DNA of 64,000 nt from Candidatus Eiseniibacteriota bacterium (GTDB lineage: Bacteria > Eisenbacteria > RBG-16-71-46), in assembly GCA_963717935.1 (NCBI GenBank), contig CAVQXP010000004.1, forward strand, positions 1,280,001 to 1,344,000, given 5' to 3'. This document shows positions 54,405 to 64,000 of the stretch, in pieces. The translations under genes and the position numbers were made by a program. The notes under the pieces are model-generated. The model made no database searches. It saw nothing but the letters and a program-made list of their open reading frames with translations, and had not been told where the DNA came from. Within the stretch, counting starts at the first letter, position 1. Every line of letters begins with the position of its first letter.

Positions 54405-54436
54405 GGAGTGGGTTCGGCGCGACCACTCCGTTTTTT
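54405..54436 (+). terminator. rimP leader attenuator-like terminator
   Basis: GGAGTGG...CCACTCC followed by GTTTTTT between the promoter and rimP; resembles the known rimP-leader hairpin. Confidence 0.75.
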
Positions 54437-54455
54437 GTCCTTATCCGGAGCCAAG

Positions 54456-54998
54456 TTGGAAGTTCGAGAGGAAGTCCGTCAACTCGCGGCGCCGTTGGCC
54501 GGCGAGGCGGGCTTCGAGCTGGTCGATGTCGAGTTGGTCGTGCAGGGCCGCCAGCGCGTCATCCGCGTGCTGCTGGACAAGCCCGGTGGCGTGACGGTGG
54601 GCGATTGTGCTGCTTTCAGCCGGCACCTGGGCGATTGCCTTGACATGAACCAGACGGTGGCAAGCAGTTACCGGCTCGAGGTCAGTTCGCCGGGGATGGA
54701 CCGGCCGCTCACCAGCCTGGGAGCGGTCGCGCGCTTCGCCGGCCGACGCGCCACGCTCACGAGCGTGGCAGCGCGTGAGGGCCGGCGGCATTATGACGGC
54801 GAGTTGCTCGGACCCGTGGGAACGACCCTCGGGATCCGGACCGAGGACGAGATGGAACACTGGTTCGACTGGACCGAGGTGAAGGTGGTCCGGCTGGCCG
54901 TGGACCCGTGGGAAGAGGCGCGGAACGCTCGCGGGGCCGGTTCACCCGCGCGCGAGCGTGGGGCCGGGTTGCGGCGTCCGCGCGGGGGGGCTCGATGA
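54456..54998 (+). CDS. rimP: Ribosome maturation factor RimP
   Basis: GFELVDVE, DKPGGVTVGDC, YRLEVSSPGMDRPL. Confidence 0.92.
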   Translation: MEVREEVRQLAAPLAGEAGFELVDVELVVQGRQRVIRVLLDKPGGVTVGDCAAFSRHLGDCLDMNQTVASSYRLEVSSPGMDRPLTSLGAVARFAGRRATLTSVAAREGRRHYDGELLGPVGTTLGIRTEDEMEHWFDWTEVKVVRLAVDPWEEARNARGAGSPARERGAGLRRPRGGAR

Positions 54999-56476
54999 AT
55001 CACGAGATCCTGGATGCGTTGAGCCAGATCACGCGCGAGAAGAGCGTGGACCGGGCGATGCTCATCGAGACGCTCGAGGTCGGCCTCGCGAGCGCGGTCA
55101 GGCGCAAGTACGGCGCGACCGCCGAGGTCGAGGTCAGGTTCTCGAACGAGAGCGGCGCGATCAGCATCGCGCTGCGCAAGACCGTGGTCGAGAGCGTCGA
55201 GGACCCCGCGCTCCAGCTCACCGTCGAAGAGGCGCGCGTCTTCCCGCAGGGCCGGAGCGCCCGCCCCGGCGACGTGCTGACGTTCCCGCTCAGGATCGAG
55301 GAGTTCGGCCGGAACGCCATCCAGACCGCCAAGCAGGTGCTCATCCAGCGGGTGCGCGAGGCCGAGCGCGAGCGCGTGTTCAGGGAGTACTCGGACAAGA
55401 TCGGCGTGCTGGTGCGTGGCGTGGTCCAGCAGGTGGATCGCGGCAACGTGATCGTGAAGCTCGACCATTCCGAGGGTTTCCTGCCGGCGCGCGAGCAGAT
55501 CCCGCGCTCCTACCACCGCCAGGGCGACTACGTCCGCGCCGTGGTCATCAACGTGGACAAGTCCGCGAAGGGCCCGCAGGTCATCCTGTCGCGCACCCAC
55601 CCGGACTTCCTGCGCCGGCTGTTCGAGGCCGAGGTCCCGGAGATCGCCGAGTGCATCGTGGAGATCAAGGCCGTGGCCCGCGAGGCTGGCGCGCGCTCGA
55701 AGATCTCGGTCTACTCGACCGACCCGCGCGTGGACGCGGTGGGCTCGTGCGTGGGCATGAAGGGCTCGCGCGTACAGAGCATCGTGCGCGAGCTGGGCGG
55801 CGAGCGCATCGACATCGTGCCCTGGTCGCAGGACCCGACCGTGTTCGTCTCCCGCGCCCTCTCGCCCGCACGCGTGATGGACGTGCGGGTGGTCGAGGCC
55901 GAGAAGCGCATGGTGGTGATCGTCGCGGACGACCAGCTGTCGCTGGCCATCGGCAAGGGTGGCCAGAACGCCCGCCTGGCCGCGCGGCTGACGGGCTGGA
56001 AGATCGACCTGGTCGCCAAGAGCGAGGAGAAGAAGCGCCAGGACCTGGAGCGGGCGAGCCGCGTCGAGGTCGAGAAACTCTCGCTCGGCGAGGCCACGAC
56101 GCAGAAGCTCATCTCCGCCGGCATCGAGACCGTGCAGGAGCTGGTGAACGCCCCGATCGAGAAGCTGACGGAGATCCCGGGCATCGGCGAGAAGACCGCG
56201 GAGAAGTTGCTGACAGCGGCCCAGGAGTACCTGGCGGCTCACCCGCCGGTGCCGCTCGAGGCGGTGCCCGGCGAGCTGGAGTTCACGCCGGAGATGGAGG
56301 CCACCCCCGAGGTCGCTACGGCCGAACCGAGTACGCCCCAGGAGACGCTGGACGCTCCGGACCCGGCACCTGCCGAGAGTGGAACGAGCGTGGACACGCC
56401 GGATCCGGGCACCCCGGGCGACGCCCCGGCCGGTGGCCCGGCGACCCCGGACGAGGGAGGGGACCGTGTCGACTAG
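54995..56476 (+). CDS. nusA: Transcription termination factor NusA
   Basis: FGRNAIQTAKQV, LSRTHP, EVPEI, CVGMKGSRV, LSLAIGKGGQNARLA. Confidence 0.96.
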   Translation: MNHEILDALSQITREKSVDRAMLIETLEVGLASAVRRKYGATAEVEVRFSNESGAISIALRKTVVESVEDPALQLTVEEARVFPQGRSARPGDVLTFPLRIEEFGRNAIQTAKQVLIQRVREAERERVFREYSDKIGVLVRGVVQQVDRGNVIVKLDHSEGFLPAREQIPRSYHRQGDYVRAVVINVDKSAKGPQVILSRTHPDFLRRLFEAEVPEIAECIVEIKAVAREAGARSKISVYSTDPRVDAVGSCVGMKGSRVQSIVRELGGERIDIVPWSQDPTVFVSRALSPARVMDVRVVEAEKRMVVIVADDQLSLAIGKGGQNARLAARLTGWKIDLVAKSEEKKRQDLERASRVEVEKLSLGEATTQKLISAGIETVQELVNAPIEKLTEIPGIGEKTAEKLLTAAQEYLAAHPPVPLEAVPGELEFTPEMEATPEVATAEPSTPQETLDAPDPAPAESGTSVDTPDPGTPGDAPAGGPATPDEGGDRVD

Positions 56477-58901
56477 CCAGGGGCCGAAGAAGCTGCGCGT
56501 CTACGAGGTCGCGCGCGACCTCGACATGTCGAGCGAAGCCGTGCTGCAGATCGTGCGACGGCTCGGCGTCGAGGTGAAGAACCACATGAGCACGCTGGTA
56601 CCCGAGACCGTCCAGCAGGTGCGGGCCGAGATCGGGAAGGAGAAGACCGCCGTCAAGGAGGAGTTGCACCGCCAGCACGAGCAGGAGGTGCAGCGGGCCC
56701 GTGAGGAGCGCGCCCGCGCCGCCGCGGCTGCGGCGCCTGCCGCGCGCGCGGGTGCGCCAGCTCCGCCGGCCCGGGCCGGTGCCCGGCCGGGCGCGTATCC
56801 GGCGAGCCCGCCGCGGCCCGGTGCGCATCCCGCGAGCCCGCCGCGGCCCGGCGCACGTCCCGCGAGCCCCCCGCGGTCGGGCGCGTATCCGGCGAGCCCG
56901 CCGCGGCCGGGTACGTATCCGGCGAGCCCGCCGCGGCCCGGCGCCCCGTCCCGTCCTGGCGCGCCTTCGACCGCGGGCCGCTCCCAACCGCACGGGTTCC
57001 GCCGCCGCGACCGCAAGAAGAAGAAGACCGTGGACGAGAAGCTCGTGGCGGAGAGCGTCCGCAAGACCCTTGCGAGCCTCGACCAGAGTCAGCGTCGCCG
57101 GCACCACCATCGCGATGAGGAAGGTGGCGAAGCCGCGACCGAGGCGGCAAAGCTCATCCGGGCCGCCGAGTTCATCACCGTGGCCGAGCTGGCGAACCTC
57201 CTCGAGGTGCGTCCCCAGGAGGTCATCACCACCTGCATGGGGCTCGGCCTCATGGCCACCATGAACAAGCGGCTCGACAAGGACTCCATCCAGGCCATCG
57301 CGGACGAGTTCGGTTTCGGCGTCGAGTTCGTCTCCGAGTACGCGGAGGAAGTGGAGACCGAGACCGAGGAGGCCGTCGAGGGGCGCCTGGCCTCGCGGCC
57401 GCCCGTGGTGACCGTGATGGGTCACGTGGACCACGGCAAGACCTCGCTGCTCGACCACATCCGCAAGACCAACGTCATCGCCGGCGAGGCCGGTGGCATC
57501 ACCCAGCACATCGGCGCCTACGAGGTGAAGGTGGCGGGCGGCAAGGACATCACGTTCCTCGACACGCCCGGCCACGAGGCCTTCACCGCCATGCGCGCTC
57601 GCGGCGCCCAGGTCACGGACCTGGTCGTGCTGGTGGTGGCGGCCGACGACCGCGTCATGCCTCAGACCATCGAGGCCATCGACCACGCCAAGGCTGCCGG
57701 CGTGCCGATCGTCGTCGCCATCAACAAGATCGACCTGCCGGGGGCCCGGCCCGACCTCGTGAAGCAGGAACTGGCCGCCCGCGGAGTGGTGGTCGAGGAG
57801 TACGGCGGGAAGACCGTGGCGGTCGAGGTCTCGGCCAAGAAGGGCATCAACGTCGACAAGCTCCTCGAGATGATCGTGCTCGAGTCCGACCTGCTGGACC
57901 TCAAGGCCGATCCCACGCGCCGCGCCAAGGGCGCGGTGCTGGAGGCGCGGGTCGAGCAGGGCCGTGGCATCGTGGCGAGCGTGCTGGTGGATTCGGGCAC
58001 GCTGCGCGTCGGCGACGCGTTCGTGGCCGGCCAGCACTGGGGCCGCGTGCGGGCGATGTTCGACGAGCGCGGCCGCACGGTGAAGGCGGCGGGGCCTTCG
58101 ACGCCCGTCGAGGTGCTCGGCTGGAACGGTACGCCGGGCGCGGGCGACATCTTCACGGCCTTCGACGACGAGCGAGAGGCGCGTGACCTGGCGAACAAGC
58201 GCCAGGCGCTGCACCGCGAGCACGAGTTCCGCGCCGCCACGAAGATCCGGCTCACCGACTTCCACGCGCGCATGGCCCAGGGCGAGACGTCCGAGCTCAA
58301 GATGATCATCAAGGGCGACGTGGACGGCTCGGTCGAGGCGCTCTCGGAGTCGCTCGCCAAGCTCAGCACCGCCGAGGTGCAGGTGCGCGTCATCCGCCAG
58401 GCGGTGGGGCAGATCTCGGAGTCGGACGTGCTGCTGGCGGCGGCCTCCGATGCCATCATCCTGGGATTCCACACGCGGCCCGACCCCAAGGCGCGCGAGC
58501 TGGCCGAGCGCGAGAAGGTCGAGATCCGCTTCTACGACATCATCTACAAGGCCGTGGAAGAGGTGCGGTCGGCGCTCGAGGGCCTGCTCAAGCCCGAGCT
58601 CAAGGACGTCATCATCGGATCGGCCGAGGCCCGCCAGGTGTTCCGGCTCTCGAAGGCGGGCACGGTCGCCGGCTGCATGGTCACCTCGGGCACCATCCCG
58701 CGCACGGGCAAGGTGCGGCTGTTGCGCGCCGGCGCCGTGGAATGGACCGGCCGCATCGCCGCGCTCAAGCGCTTCAAGGACGACGTCCGCGAGGTCGCGA
58801 GCGGCTTCGAGTGCGGCATCACCCTCGAGGGGCGCGACGACATCAAGGTCGGCGACGTCATCGAGGCGTTCAACATCGAGGAGCTGGCCCGGACGCTGTA
58901 G
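56466..58901 (+). CDS. infB: Translation initiation factor IF-2
   Basis: [55 protein letters not shown]. Confidence 0.97.
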   Translation: MSTSQGPKKLRVYEVARDLDMSSEAVLQIVRRLGVEVKNHMSTLVPETVQQVRAEIGKEKTAVKEELHRQHEQEVQRAREERARAAAAAAPAARAGAPAPPARAGARPGAYPASPPRPGAHPASPPRPGARPASPPRSGAYPASPPRPGTYPASPPRPGAPSRPGAPSTAGRSQPHGFRRRDRKKKKTVDEKLVAESVRKTLASLDQSQRRRHHHRDEEGGEAATEAAKLIRAAEFITVAELANLLEVRPQEVITTCMGLGLMATMNKRLDKDSIQAIADEFGFGVEFVSEYAEEVETETEEAVEGRLASRPPVVTVMGHVDHGKTSLLDHIRKTNVIAGEAGGITQHIGAYEVKVAGGKDITFLDTPGHEAFTAMRARGAQVTDLVVLVVAADDRVMPQTIEAIDHAKAAGVPIVVAINKIDLPGARPDLVKQELAARGVVVEEYGGKTVAVEVSAKKGINVDKLLEMIVLESDLLDLKADPTRRAKGAVLEARVEQGRGIVASVLVDSGTLRVGDAFVAGQHWGRVRAMFDERGRTVKAAGPSTPVEVLGWNGTPGAGDIFTAFDDEREARDLANKRQALHREHEFRAATKIRLTDFHARMAQGETSELKMIIKGDVDGSVEALSESLAKLSTAEVQVRVIRQAVGQISESDVLLAAASDAIILGFHTRPDPKARELAEREKVEIRFYDIIYKAVEEVRSALEGLLKPELKDVIIGSAEARQVFRLSKAGTVAGCMVTSGTIPRTGKVRLLRAGAVEWTGRIAALKRFKDDVREVASGFECGITLEGRDDIKVGDVIEAFNIEELARTL
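56791..56940 (+). repeat. Five in-frame 30-bp tandem repeats in infB (unit ~[10 protein letters not shown])
   Basis: GCGCGTATCCGGCGAGCCCGCCGCGGCCCG-like units with a period of 30. Confidence 0.9.
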
Positions 58902-58931
58902 TCCAGGCCGCGCTTCCCCGGGCGGCTCGCC

Positions 58932-59213
58932 ATGTTCGTCGGTGTCGTGCGCATCGAGCTGCATCTGCCCGGCGCCTCGTCGCTCAAGGACAAGCGCGCG
59001 GTGGTGCGCAGCCTGAAGGAGCGCATCCGCCAGCGCGTGCGGGCCGCGGTCGCCGAGGTGGACCACCAGGATCTCTGGCAGCGCGCCGCGCTCGGTGTGG
59101 CGGTGGTCTCGGGGGAGCGGCGCCAGGTCGGGGAATTGCTGCAGTCGGTGCGCCAGCTTGCCGACGGCACACCCGGCGCCGAGGTCATCGACTGGCAGGA
59201 GACGCTGCTGTGA
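58932..59213 (+). CDS. DUF503 (YlxP) family protein
   Basis: SLKDKRAVVRSL, AEVDHQDLWQRA.LG, located between infB and rbfA. Confidence 0.9.
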   Translation: MFVGVVRIELHLPGASSLKDKRAVVRSLKERIRQRVRAAVAEVDHQDLWQRAALGVAVVSGERRQVGELLQSVRQLADGTPGAEVIDWQETLL

Positions 59214-59587
59214 GGATCCGTCCGGAACGCGTGGCCGAGCTCATGAAGCGGGAGATCGCGGGCATCCTCGCCCGCGACCTGCGCGACCCGCGAGTCTCGA
59301 CCATGGTGAGCGTCACCGAAGTCGAGGTGAGCCACGACCTGTCCTTCGCGCGCGTCTTCGTGAGCCTGCTCGCGGACGGTGAGGAGCGCGAGCGCACGCT
59401 CGCGGCGCTCCAGCGCGCGGCGGGCTTCGTCCGTCACCAGCTCGCCCCGCGCCTCGGCCTGCGCGAGGTCCCTGGCCTGCGTTTCGTGCACGACGCCTCC
59501 ATCGAGCGCGGCGCGCGCGTCGAGGAGATCCTCAAGAAGCTCGAGCGTGGCGAACCGGTTGGGGACGAGGGGGAAGGGGAGGCGTGA
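59210..59587 (+). CDS. rbfA: Ribosome-binding factor A
   Basis: RPERVAELMKREI, DPRV, VTEVEVSHDLSFARVF, LREVPGLRFVHDASIERG. Confidence 0.94.
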   Translation: MRIRPERVAELMKREIAGILARDLRDPRVSTMVSVTEVEVSHDLSFARVFVSLLADGEERERTLAALQRAAGFVRHQLAPRLGLREVPGLRFVHDASIERGARVEEILKKLERGEPVGDEGEGEA

Positions 59588-60573
59588 CCGCGCCGCCCGC
59601 CGGGAGCGGCCCCGCCGTGCCCGGGGAGCCGCGGGAGACGTGGTCGGGTCTCCTGCGGGTGGACAAGCCCACGGGCGTCACCTCGCACGACGTCGTGGAC
59701 CTCGTGCGGCGCCGTCTCCGGGTGAAGAGCGCGGGGCACCTCGGCACGCTCGATCCGGGTGCGAGCGGGCTGCTCGTCCTGGTCCTCGGCGCGGCCACGC
59801 GCTGTGCGCAGGTCTGGCAGACGGGCCTGAAGACCTACGAGGCGACCGTGCGCTTCGGCGTCGTCACCAGCACGCAGGACCTGCAGGGCGAGGTGCTGGA
59901 GCGGCGCGAGGTGATGCTCGACGAGTGGCAGGTGCGCGAGGCGGCGGCCGCGTTCGACGGGCGAGATCGAGCAGGTGCCTCCCATGGTCTCGGCGCTCAA
60001 GGTGAGCGGTCAGCGCCTGCACCGGCTGGCGCGGCGCGGCGAGGTGGTCGAGCGCGGTCCGCGGCGCGTCACGGTCCACTCCTGGGAGTGGACCGGCTTC
60101 GCGCTGCCCGAAGCGAGCTTCCGCGTGGTCGTCTCGGGGGGCACCTACGTCCGCACGCTGGCGCACGACCTCGGCGAGCGCCTTGGCCCCGGGGGCGCCC
60201 TGAAGAGCCTGCGGCGGCTGCGCAGCGAGCCCTTCGGCCTCGAGGGCGCCGTCGGGCTGCGCGACCTCGATTCGTCCACGCCGGCAGAGGTGCTCGCGCG
60301 CGCGGGTGTGCCGCTGGCCGAAGCGCTGCGCGTGCTGCCGACCGTGGCCCTGGATGCGGCGGGGGCTGCGGAGTTGGGTTTCGGCCGCCGGCCCACCGTG
60401 GAGCCGGGGACAGCGCCCCTGCGCGCGGGCCCGCGCTCCGTGGTCTTCTGCGGCCCCGGAGGGGAACCGCTCGCCCTCGGCGAGCTCGAGCCAGCCCCCG
60501 CGCGGCCCGGCGCTGGCGCTGGCCTGTCCCGCACGTGGTCTTTCCCTGGGCCGTGCGGCAGGGCCGGCCGTGA
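59584..60573 (+). CDS. truB: tRNA pseudouridine(55) synthase (two apparent frameshifts)
   Basis: DKPTGVTSHDVV, GHLGTLDP, PPMVSALKVSG, SGGTYVRTLAHDLG. Confidence 0.92.
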   Translation: MTAPPAGSGPAVPGEPRETWSGLLRVDKPTGVTSHDVVDLVRRRLRVKSAGHLGTLDPGASGLLVLVLGAATRCAQVWQTGLKTYEATVRFGVVTSTQDLQGEVLERREVMLDEWQVREAAAAFDGRDRAGASHGLGAQGERSAPAPAGAARRGGRARSAARHGPLLGVDRLRAARSELPRGRLGGHLRPHAGARPRRAPWPRGRPEEPAAAAQRALRPRGRRRAARPRFVHAGRGARARGCAAGRSAARAADRGPGCGGGCGVGFRPPAHRGAGDSAPARGPALRGLLRPRRGTARPRRARASPRAARRWRWPVPHVVFPWAVRQGRP

Positions 60574-61502
60574 CGGCCCCACCGCGGGGCGCCGCCGTGA
60601 GCGTCGGCGTCTTCGACGGAGTGCATCTCGGGCACCAGGGGATCCTCCAGGCCGCGCTCGACCGCGCGACCCGCGCGCCGCACGGGTGCCCCGGCGGCCG
60701 CTGTGCCGTGGTCTCCTTCGACCCGCACCCCGACCTCGTCCTCGCTCGTTCCTTCCGCGCCCCGGCACCGCTCACTCCGCTGCCCGAGCGACGCGAGCGC
60801 ATCGCCGCGCTCGGCATCCGCGAGCTGGAGGTGATCCCTTTCACGCGCGAACTGGCCGCGCTCGAGCCCGAGGAGTTCGTCGCTCGCCACCTGGTGGGGC
60901 CGTACCATCTGCACACCCTGGTGGTGGGCGAGGGCTTCGCGCTCGGCCGTGGGCGCGGTGGTGACGTGCCGCGCCTGCGCGCGATCGGCGCGCGCGAGGG
61001 CTTCGAGGTGGTCGCGGTGCCGCTGCTCGAGCTGGACGGCGCCCCGGTGAGCAGCACCCGTGTCCGCGCGCTGCTCGCGACCGGGCGTGTGGTCGAGGCG
61101 GCCCGCCTGCTCGGGCGCTGCTACGACCTGCGCGGACGCGTGGTGCGTGGCGAGGCCGTCGGGCGCACGCTCGGTTACCCGACCGCGAACCTGCGGCTGC
61201 ACGAGGAGAAGTTCGTGCCGGGCGACGGGGTCTACGCCGCGCGGGCGCGCATCGGGGACGCGCCCGCATGGCGTCCGGCCGCGATGAGCATCGGCGTGCG
61301 CGCCACCTTCGACGGCCAGACCCGCGCCCTCGAGGTGCACCTGCTCGACTGGGACGGCGATCTTCTGGGTCTCGACCTCGAGGTCGAGCTGGTGGACTGG
61401 ATCCGCGCGCAGGAGCGCTTCGAGAGCCGGGAGGCGCTGGTCGCGGCGATGGGCCGGGACGTGGACGAGGCGCGGCGGCGGCTCGAGACTGCCTCCGGGT
61501 GA
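60570..61502 (+). CDS. ribF: Bifunctional riboflavin kinase/FAD synthetase
   Basis: GVFDGVHLGHQ, FDPHP, VSSTRVR, GRTLGYPTAN, GVYA, EVHLLD. Confidence 0.94.
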   Translation: MTAPPRGAAVSVGVFDGVHLGHQGILQAALDRATRAPHGCPGGRCAVVSFDPHPDLVLARSFRAPAPLTPLPERRERIAALGIRELEVIPFTRELAALEPEEFVARHLVGPYHLHTLVVGEGFALGRGRGGDVPRLRAIGAREGFEVVAVPLLELDGAPVSSTRVRALLATGRVVEAARLLGRCYDLRGRVVRGEAVGRTLGYPTANLRLHEEKFVPGDGVYAARARIGDAPAWRPAAMSIGVRATFDGQTRALEVHLLDWDGDLLGLDLEVELVDWIRAQERFESREALVAAMGRDVDEARRRLETASG

Positions 61503-61660
61503 GCATCGCCGGGACGGGCCAGGACCGAGCGCACGGTGCCTCTGCTCGGCCCTGGCCCGTCTCGGCGATGCGGCCGCAAGGCGATGCGACAGGAGGGGCT
61601 GGAGTGGTCAGGACCGAGCGCATGGTGCCTCTGCTCGGTGCTGACCACTCCAGCCCCTCC
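61503..61660. repeat. Two 69-nt hairpins (61503-61571, 61592-61660) sharing a 29/30-nt identical apical core
   Basis: Core CAGGACCGAGCGCAYGGTGCCTCTGCTCGG at 61520-61549 and 61609-61638. The basal stems differ in sequence but are each self-complementary. Confidence 0.85.
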
Positions 61661-61709
61661 GCCCAAGAGGTGCCGGATCCGGCCCCCGTCGGGGCTCCCG
61701 GCCCGGTCT

Positions 61710-61738
61710 TTGCCAAGGGCCCGCCCGGGTGGTAGTTT
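61710..61738 (+). promoter_or_regulatory. sigma70 promoter of rpsO-pnp
   Basis: TTGCCA-17 nt-TAGTTT with TG extension. Confidence 0.55.
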
Positions 61739-61847
61739 CACCCGTCCGCCCCCGGCAGGGGGGCGGCTCTCCAACGCTCGGCCATGCGGGAGCTTGAACC
61801 CGATGGTCTGGGCCATCCACTTCCTTCGCAGGCGGGAGGAGTTCGCC

Positions 61848-62117
61848 GTGACGCTCTCCAAGGATCAGAAGCAGGGGATCATCGGCAAGTTCAAGCTTCA
61901 TGAAGGCGACTCGGGCTCGCCCGAGGTGCAGATCGCGCTGCTCACCGAGAAGATCCACTACCTCACCGAGCACTTCAAGATCCACAAGCGCGATCACGCG
62001 TCCCGCCGCGGCTTGCTCCGCATGGTGGGCCAGCGGCGCCGGCTGCTGGATTACCTCAAGGCCACCAAGGTGGACCGCTATCGCAAGGTCGTGAAGGATC
62101 TGGGTCTGCGCCGTTAG
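61848..62117 (+). CDS. rpsO: 30S ribosomal protein S15
   Basis: [43 protein letters not shown]. Confidence 0.96.
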   Translation: MTLSKDQKQGIIGKFKLHEGDSGSPEVQIALLTEKIHYLTEHFKIHKRDHASRRGLLRMVGQRRRLLDYLKATKVDRYRKVVKDLGLRR

Positions 62118-62275
62118 CCGGGCCCGATGCGGGAAGTGCCCGATCGACGCGGTGCTTCCCTTCGTGCGGGGGAACCGTTCCCCCGACCGCGCCCCCGTTG
62201 GACCGCTTCCCCGGGGAGCGCTCGTTGGACCCTGGCGGGTGCCCGGGTCGCAAGGCGAGAGGACAGGACTGGTTG

Positions 62276-64000
62276 ATGGAAGAACGGAAGGTAGAGGTGC
62301 AGCTGGGGGAGCAGACGCTCTCCATTCGCACCGGCAAGTGGGCCAAGCTGGCGGGCGGGTCCGCCGTGGTCCAGCTGGGTGGCACGGTCGTGCTGGTGGC
62401 GGCGAGTGCCGCCAAGTCGGCGAGCCCCGATCGCGACTTCGTTCCCCTCACGGTGGACTACCGCGAGCGCACGTACGCGGCGGGCCGGATCCCGGGCGGG
62501 TTCTTCAAGCGTGAAGGCCGCCCCACCGAGAAGGAAGTGCTGTCGTCGCGGCTGATCGACCGGCCGGTGCGGCCGCTCTTCAACAAGGCGTTCCCCTTCG
62601 AGACGCAGATCATGGCCACCGTGGTGTCCTCCGACCAGGAGAACGACGCCGACGTGCTGGCCCTGGTCGGGGCGTCCACCGCGATGTGCCTCTCCGACAT
62701 CCCGTTCCCCGAGCCCTTCGCCGGCGTGCGGGTGGGTCGCGTGGCAGGGGCCTTCGTCGTGAACCCCACCACGGCCCAGCTCGAAGAGAGCGACATGGAC
62801 ATGGTGGTGGCGGGCACGGCGGACAACATCATCATGGCCGAGGGCGGCACGCGCGAGGTGGCCGAGGCGGACCTGCTCGCGGCGCTCCAGTTCGCGATGG
62901 AGCACATCCGGCCGATCGTCGCCGCGCAGCGCGAGCTCATGGCCTGCTGCGGCAAGGCCAAGCGGCCGCTGGTGACCCCGCCCGACACCGCGGAGCTCCG
63001 CTCGGCGCTCGAGCAGGGCTACCGCGAGCGCCTGCGCCAGGCGATCCGCATCCCCGGCAAGGAACCGCGCCAGGAGGAGGTGGACCGCATCAAGACCGAC
63101 GCGGTCGCCGCCCTCAAGGAGCGCTTCGCCGCGCAGGAGCTGTACATCGGCCGCATCCTGCACGACATCGAGCGCGACGAGCTGCGCGAGATGGTGCTCG
63201 GCGAGGGCGTGCGCGCCGACGGTCGCGGCGTGAACGACATCCGCAAGGTGACGGTCGAGGTGGGCGTGCTGCCGCGCACCCACGGCTCGTGCCTCTTCAC
63301 CCGCGGCGAGACCCAGGCGCTGGCGGTGTGCACGCTCGGCACCAAGCAGGACGAGCAGCGCATCGAGGAGCTGGAAGGGCAGTCGTGGAAGAGCTACATG
63401 CTCCACTACAACTTCCCGCCCTACAGCGTGGGCGAGGTGCGTCCCATCCGCGGCCCGGGCCGGCGCGAGATCGGGCACGGAGCGCTGGCCGAGCGGGCCA
63501 TCGAGCCGATGATCCCGTCGGACACTTCCTTCCCCTACACGATCCGCCTGGTGAGCGACATCCTGGAGTCCAACGGCTCGTCCTCGATGGCGACCGTGTG
63601 TGGCAGTTCGATGGCCCTCATGGACGCTGGCGTGCCGGTCAAGGCGCCGGTGGCCGGGATCGCCATGGGGCTCGTCAAGGAGGGGGACCGCGTCGCGGTG
63701 TTGACCGACATCCTGGGCGTCGAGGACCACCTCGGCGACATGGACTTCAAGGTCACCGGGACGCGCGACGGGCGTGACCGCCTTCCAGATGGACACCAAG
63801 ATCGGCGGGATCTCCTTCGACGTCCTGCGGGACGCCATGGACTGCGCGCGCCGCGGGCGCGTGCACATCCTCGACATCATGGCGACCGCGCTCAGCGAGC
63901 CGCGCGCCGAGATGTCGCCGTTCGCGCCGCGCATCACGATCATCAACATCCCGCCCGACAAGATCCGCGAGGTCATCGGGCCGGGTGGCAAGATCATCAA
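62276..64000 (+). CDS. pnp: Polynucleotide phosphorylase (partial; apparent frameshift near 63770)
   Basis: Translation from ATG62276 gives [72 protein letters not shown]. Confidence 0.95.
   Translation, partial: MEERKVEVQLGEQTLSIRTGKWAKLAGGSAVVQLGGTVVLVAASAAKSASPDRDFVPLTVDYRERTYAAGRIPGGFFKREGRPTEKEVLSSRLIDRPVRPLFNKAFPFETQIMATVVSSDQENDADVLALVGASTAMCLSDIPFPEPFAGVRVGRVAGAFVVNPTTAQLEESDMDMVVAGTADNIIMAEGGTREVAEADLLAALQFAMEHIRPIVAAQRELMACCGKAKRPLVTPPDTAELRSALEQGYRERLRQAIRIPGKEPRQEEVDRIKTDAVAALKERFAAQELYIGRILHDIERDELREMVLGEGVRADGRGVNDIRKVTVEVGVLPRTHGSCLFTRGETQALAVCTLGTKQDEQRIEELEGQSWKSYMLHYNFPPYSVGEVRPIRGPGRREIGHGALAERAIEPMIPSDTSFPYTIRLVSDILESNGSSSMATVCGSSMALMDAGVPVKAPVAGIAMGLVKEGDRVAVLTDILGVEDHLGDMDFKVTGTRDGRDRLPDGHQDRRDLLRRPAGRHGLRAPRARAHPRHHGDRAQRAARRDVAVRAAHHDHQHPARQDPRGHRAGWQDHQ

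Noticed and set aside
56791..56940. 30-bp repeats as a CRISPR array
   Set aside because: Contiguous, in frame within infB, no spacers and no cas genes.
61503..61660. Twin hairpins as a mini-CRISPR or integron attC sites
   Set aside because: Only two units, the intervening DNA forms the stems, there are no RYYYAAC/GTTRRRY ends, and no cas or intI gene.

Overview
High-GC bacterial chromosome segment. A SprA-type translocon, FlgD-like/T9SS-like C-terminal tails and a C-terminal TWGxxKxxYR tail suggest an FCB-related candidate phylum such as Ca. Eisenbacteria (inference). From about 11.2 kb to the end it is mostly core genome: hybrid sensor kinase, two redoxin-like genes, URO-D family, L,D-transpeptidase, rfaE1/rfaE2, SDR, ALDH, sucCD-ndk, yceD-rpmF-plsX-fabD-fabG-acpP-fabF-rnc, a sigma54 response regulator, TPR/ECF sigma/anti-sigma/HtrA-like cluster, aroB-aroQ-accB-pilT-like-accC-comB, lptF/G, sprA, M28 peptidase and rimP-nusA-infB-DUF503-rbfA-truB-ribF-rpsO-pnp. 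Many essential genes carry single-base frameshifts that I read as sequencing or assembly errors. The first 11 kb is an accessory locus built around comM (YifB/Mg-chelatase family). One intact comM (5063-6577, minus) is flanked on both sides by AT-richer cassettes of secreted proteins, and each cassette is bounded by a duplicated piece of comM. On the left is a diverged 3' half joined at the CKCG motif (20-bp identical core). On the right is a 200/201-bp identical copy of the sigma54 promoter plus the first 46 codons. No recombinase is present, only a tandem-HTH gene and a later IS3-family insertion. The second highlight is a candidate sigma54-dependent small RNA between rnc and the sigma54 activator gene, with a -24/-12 promoter, palindromic enhancer-like sites, switchable stems and a terminator. 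Also notable: twin 69-nt hairpins after ribF, a catalytically degenerate HtrA, and RNase III with a long disordered tail.
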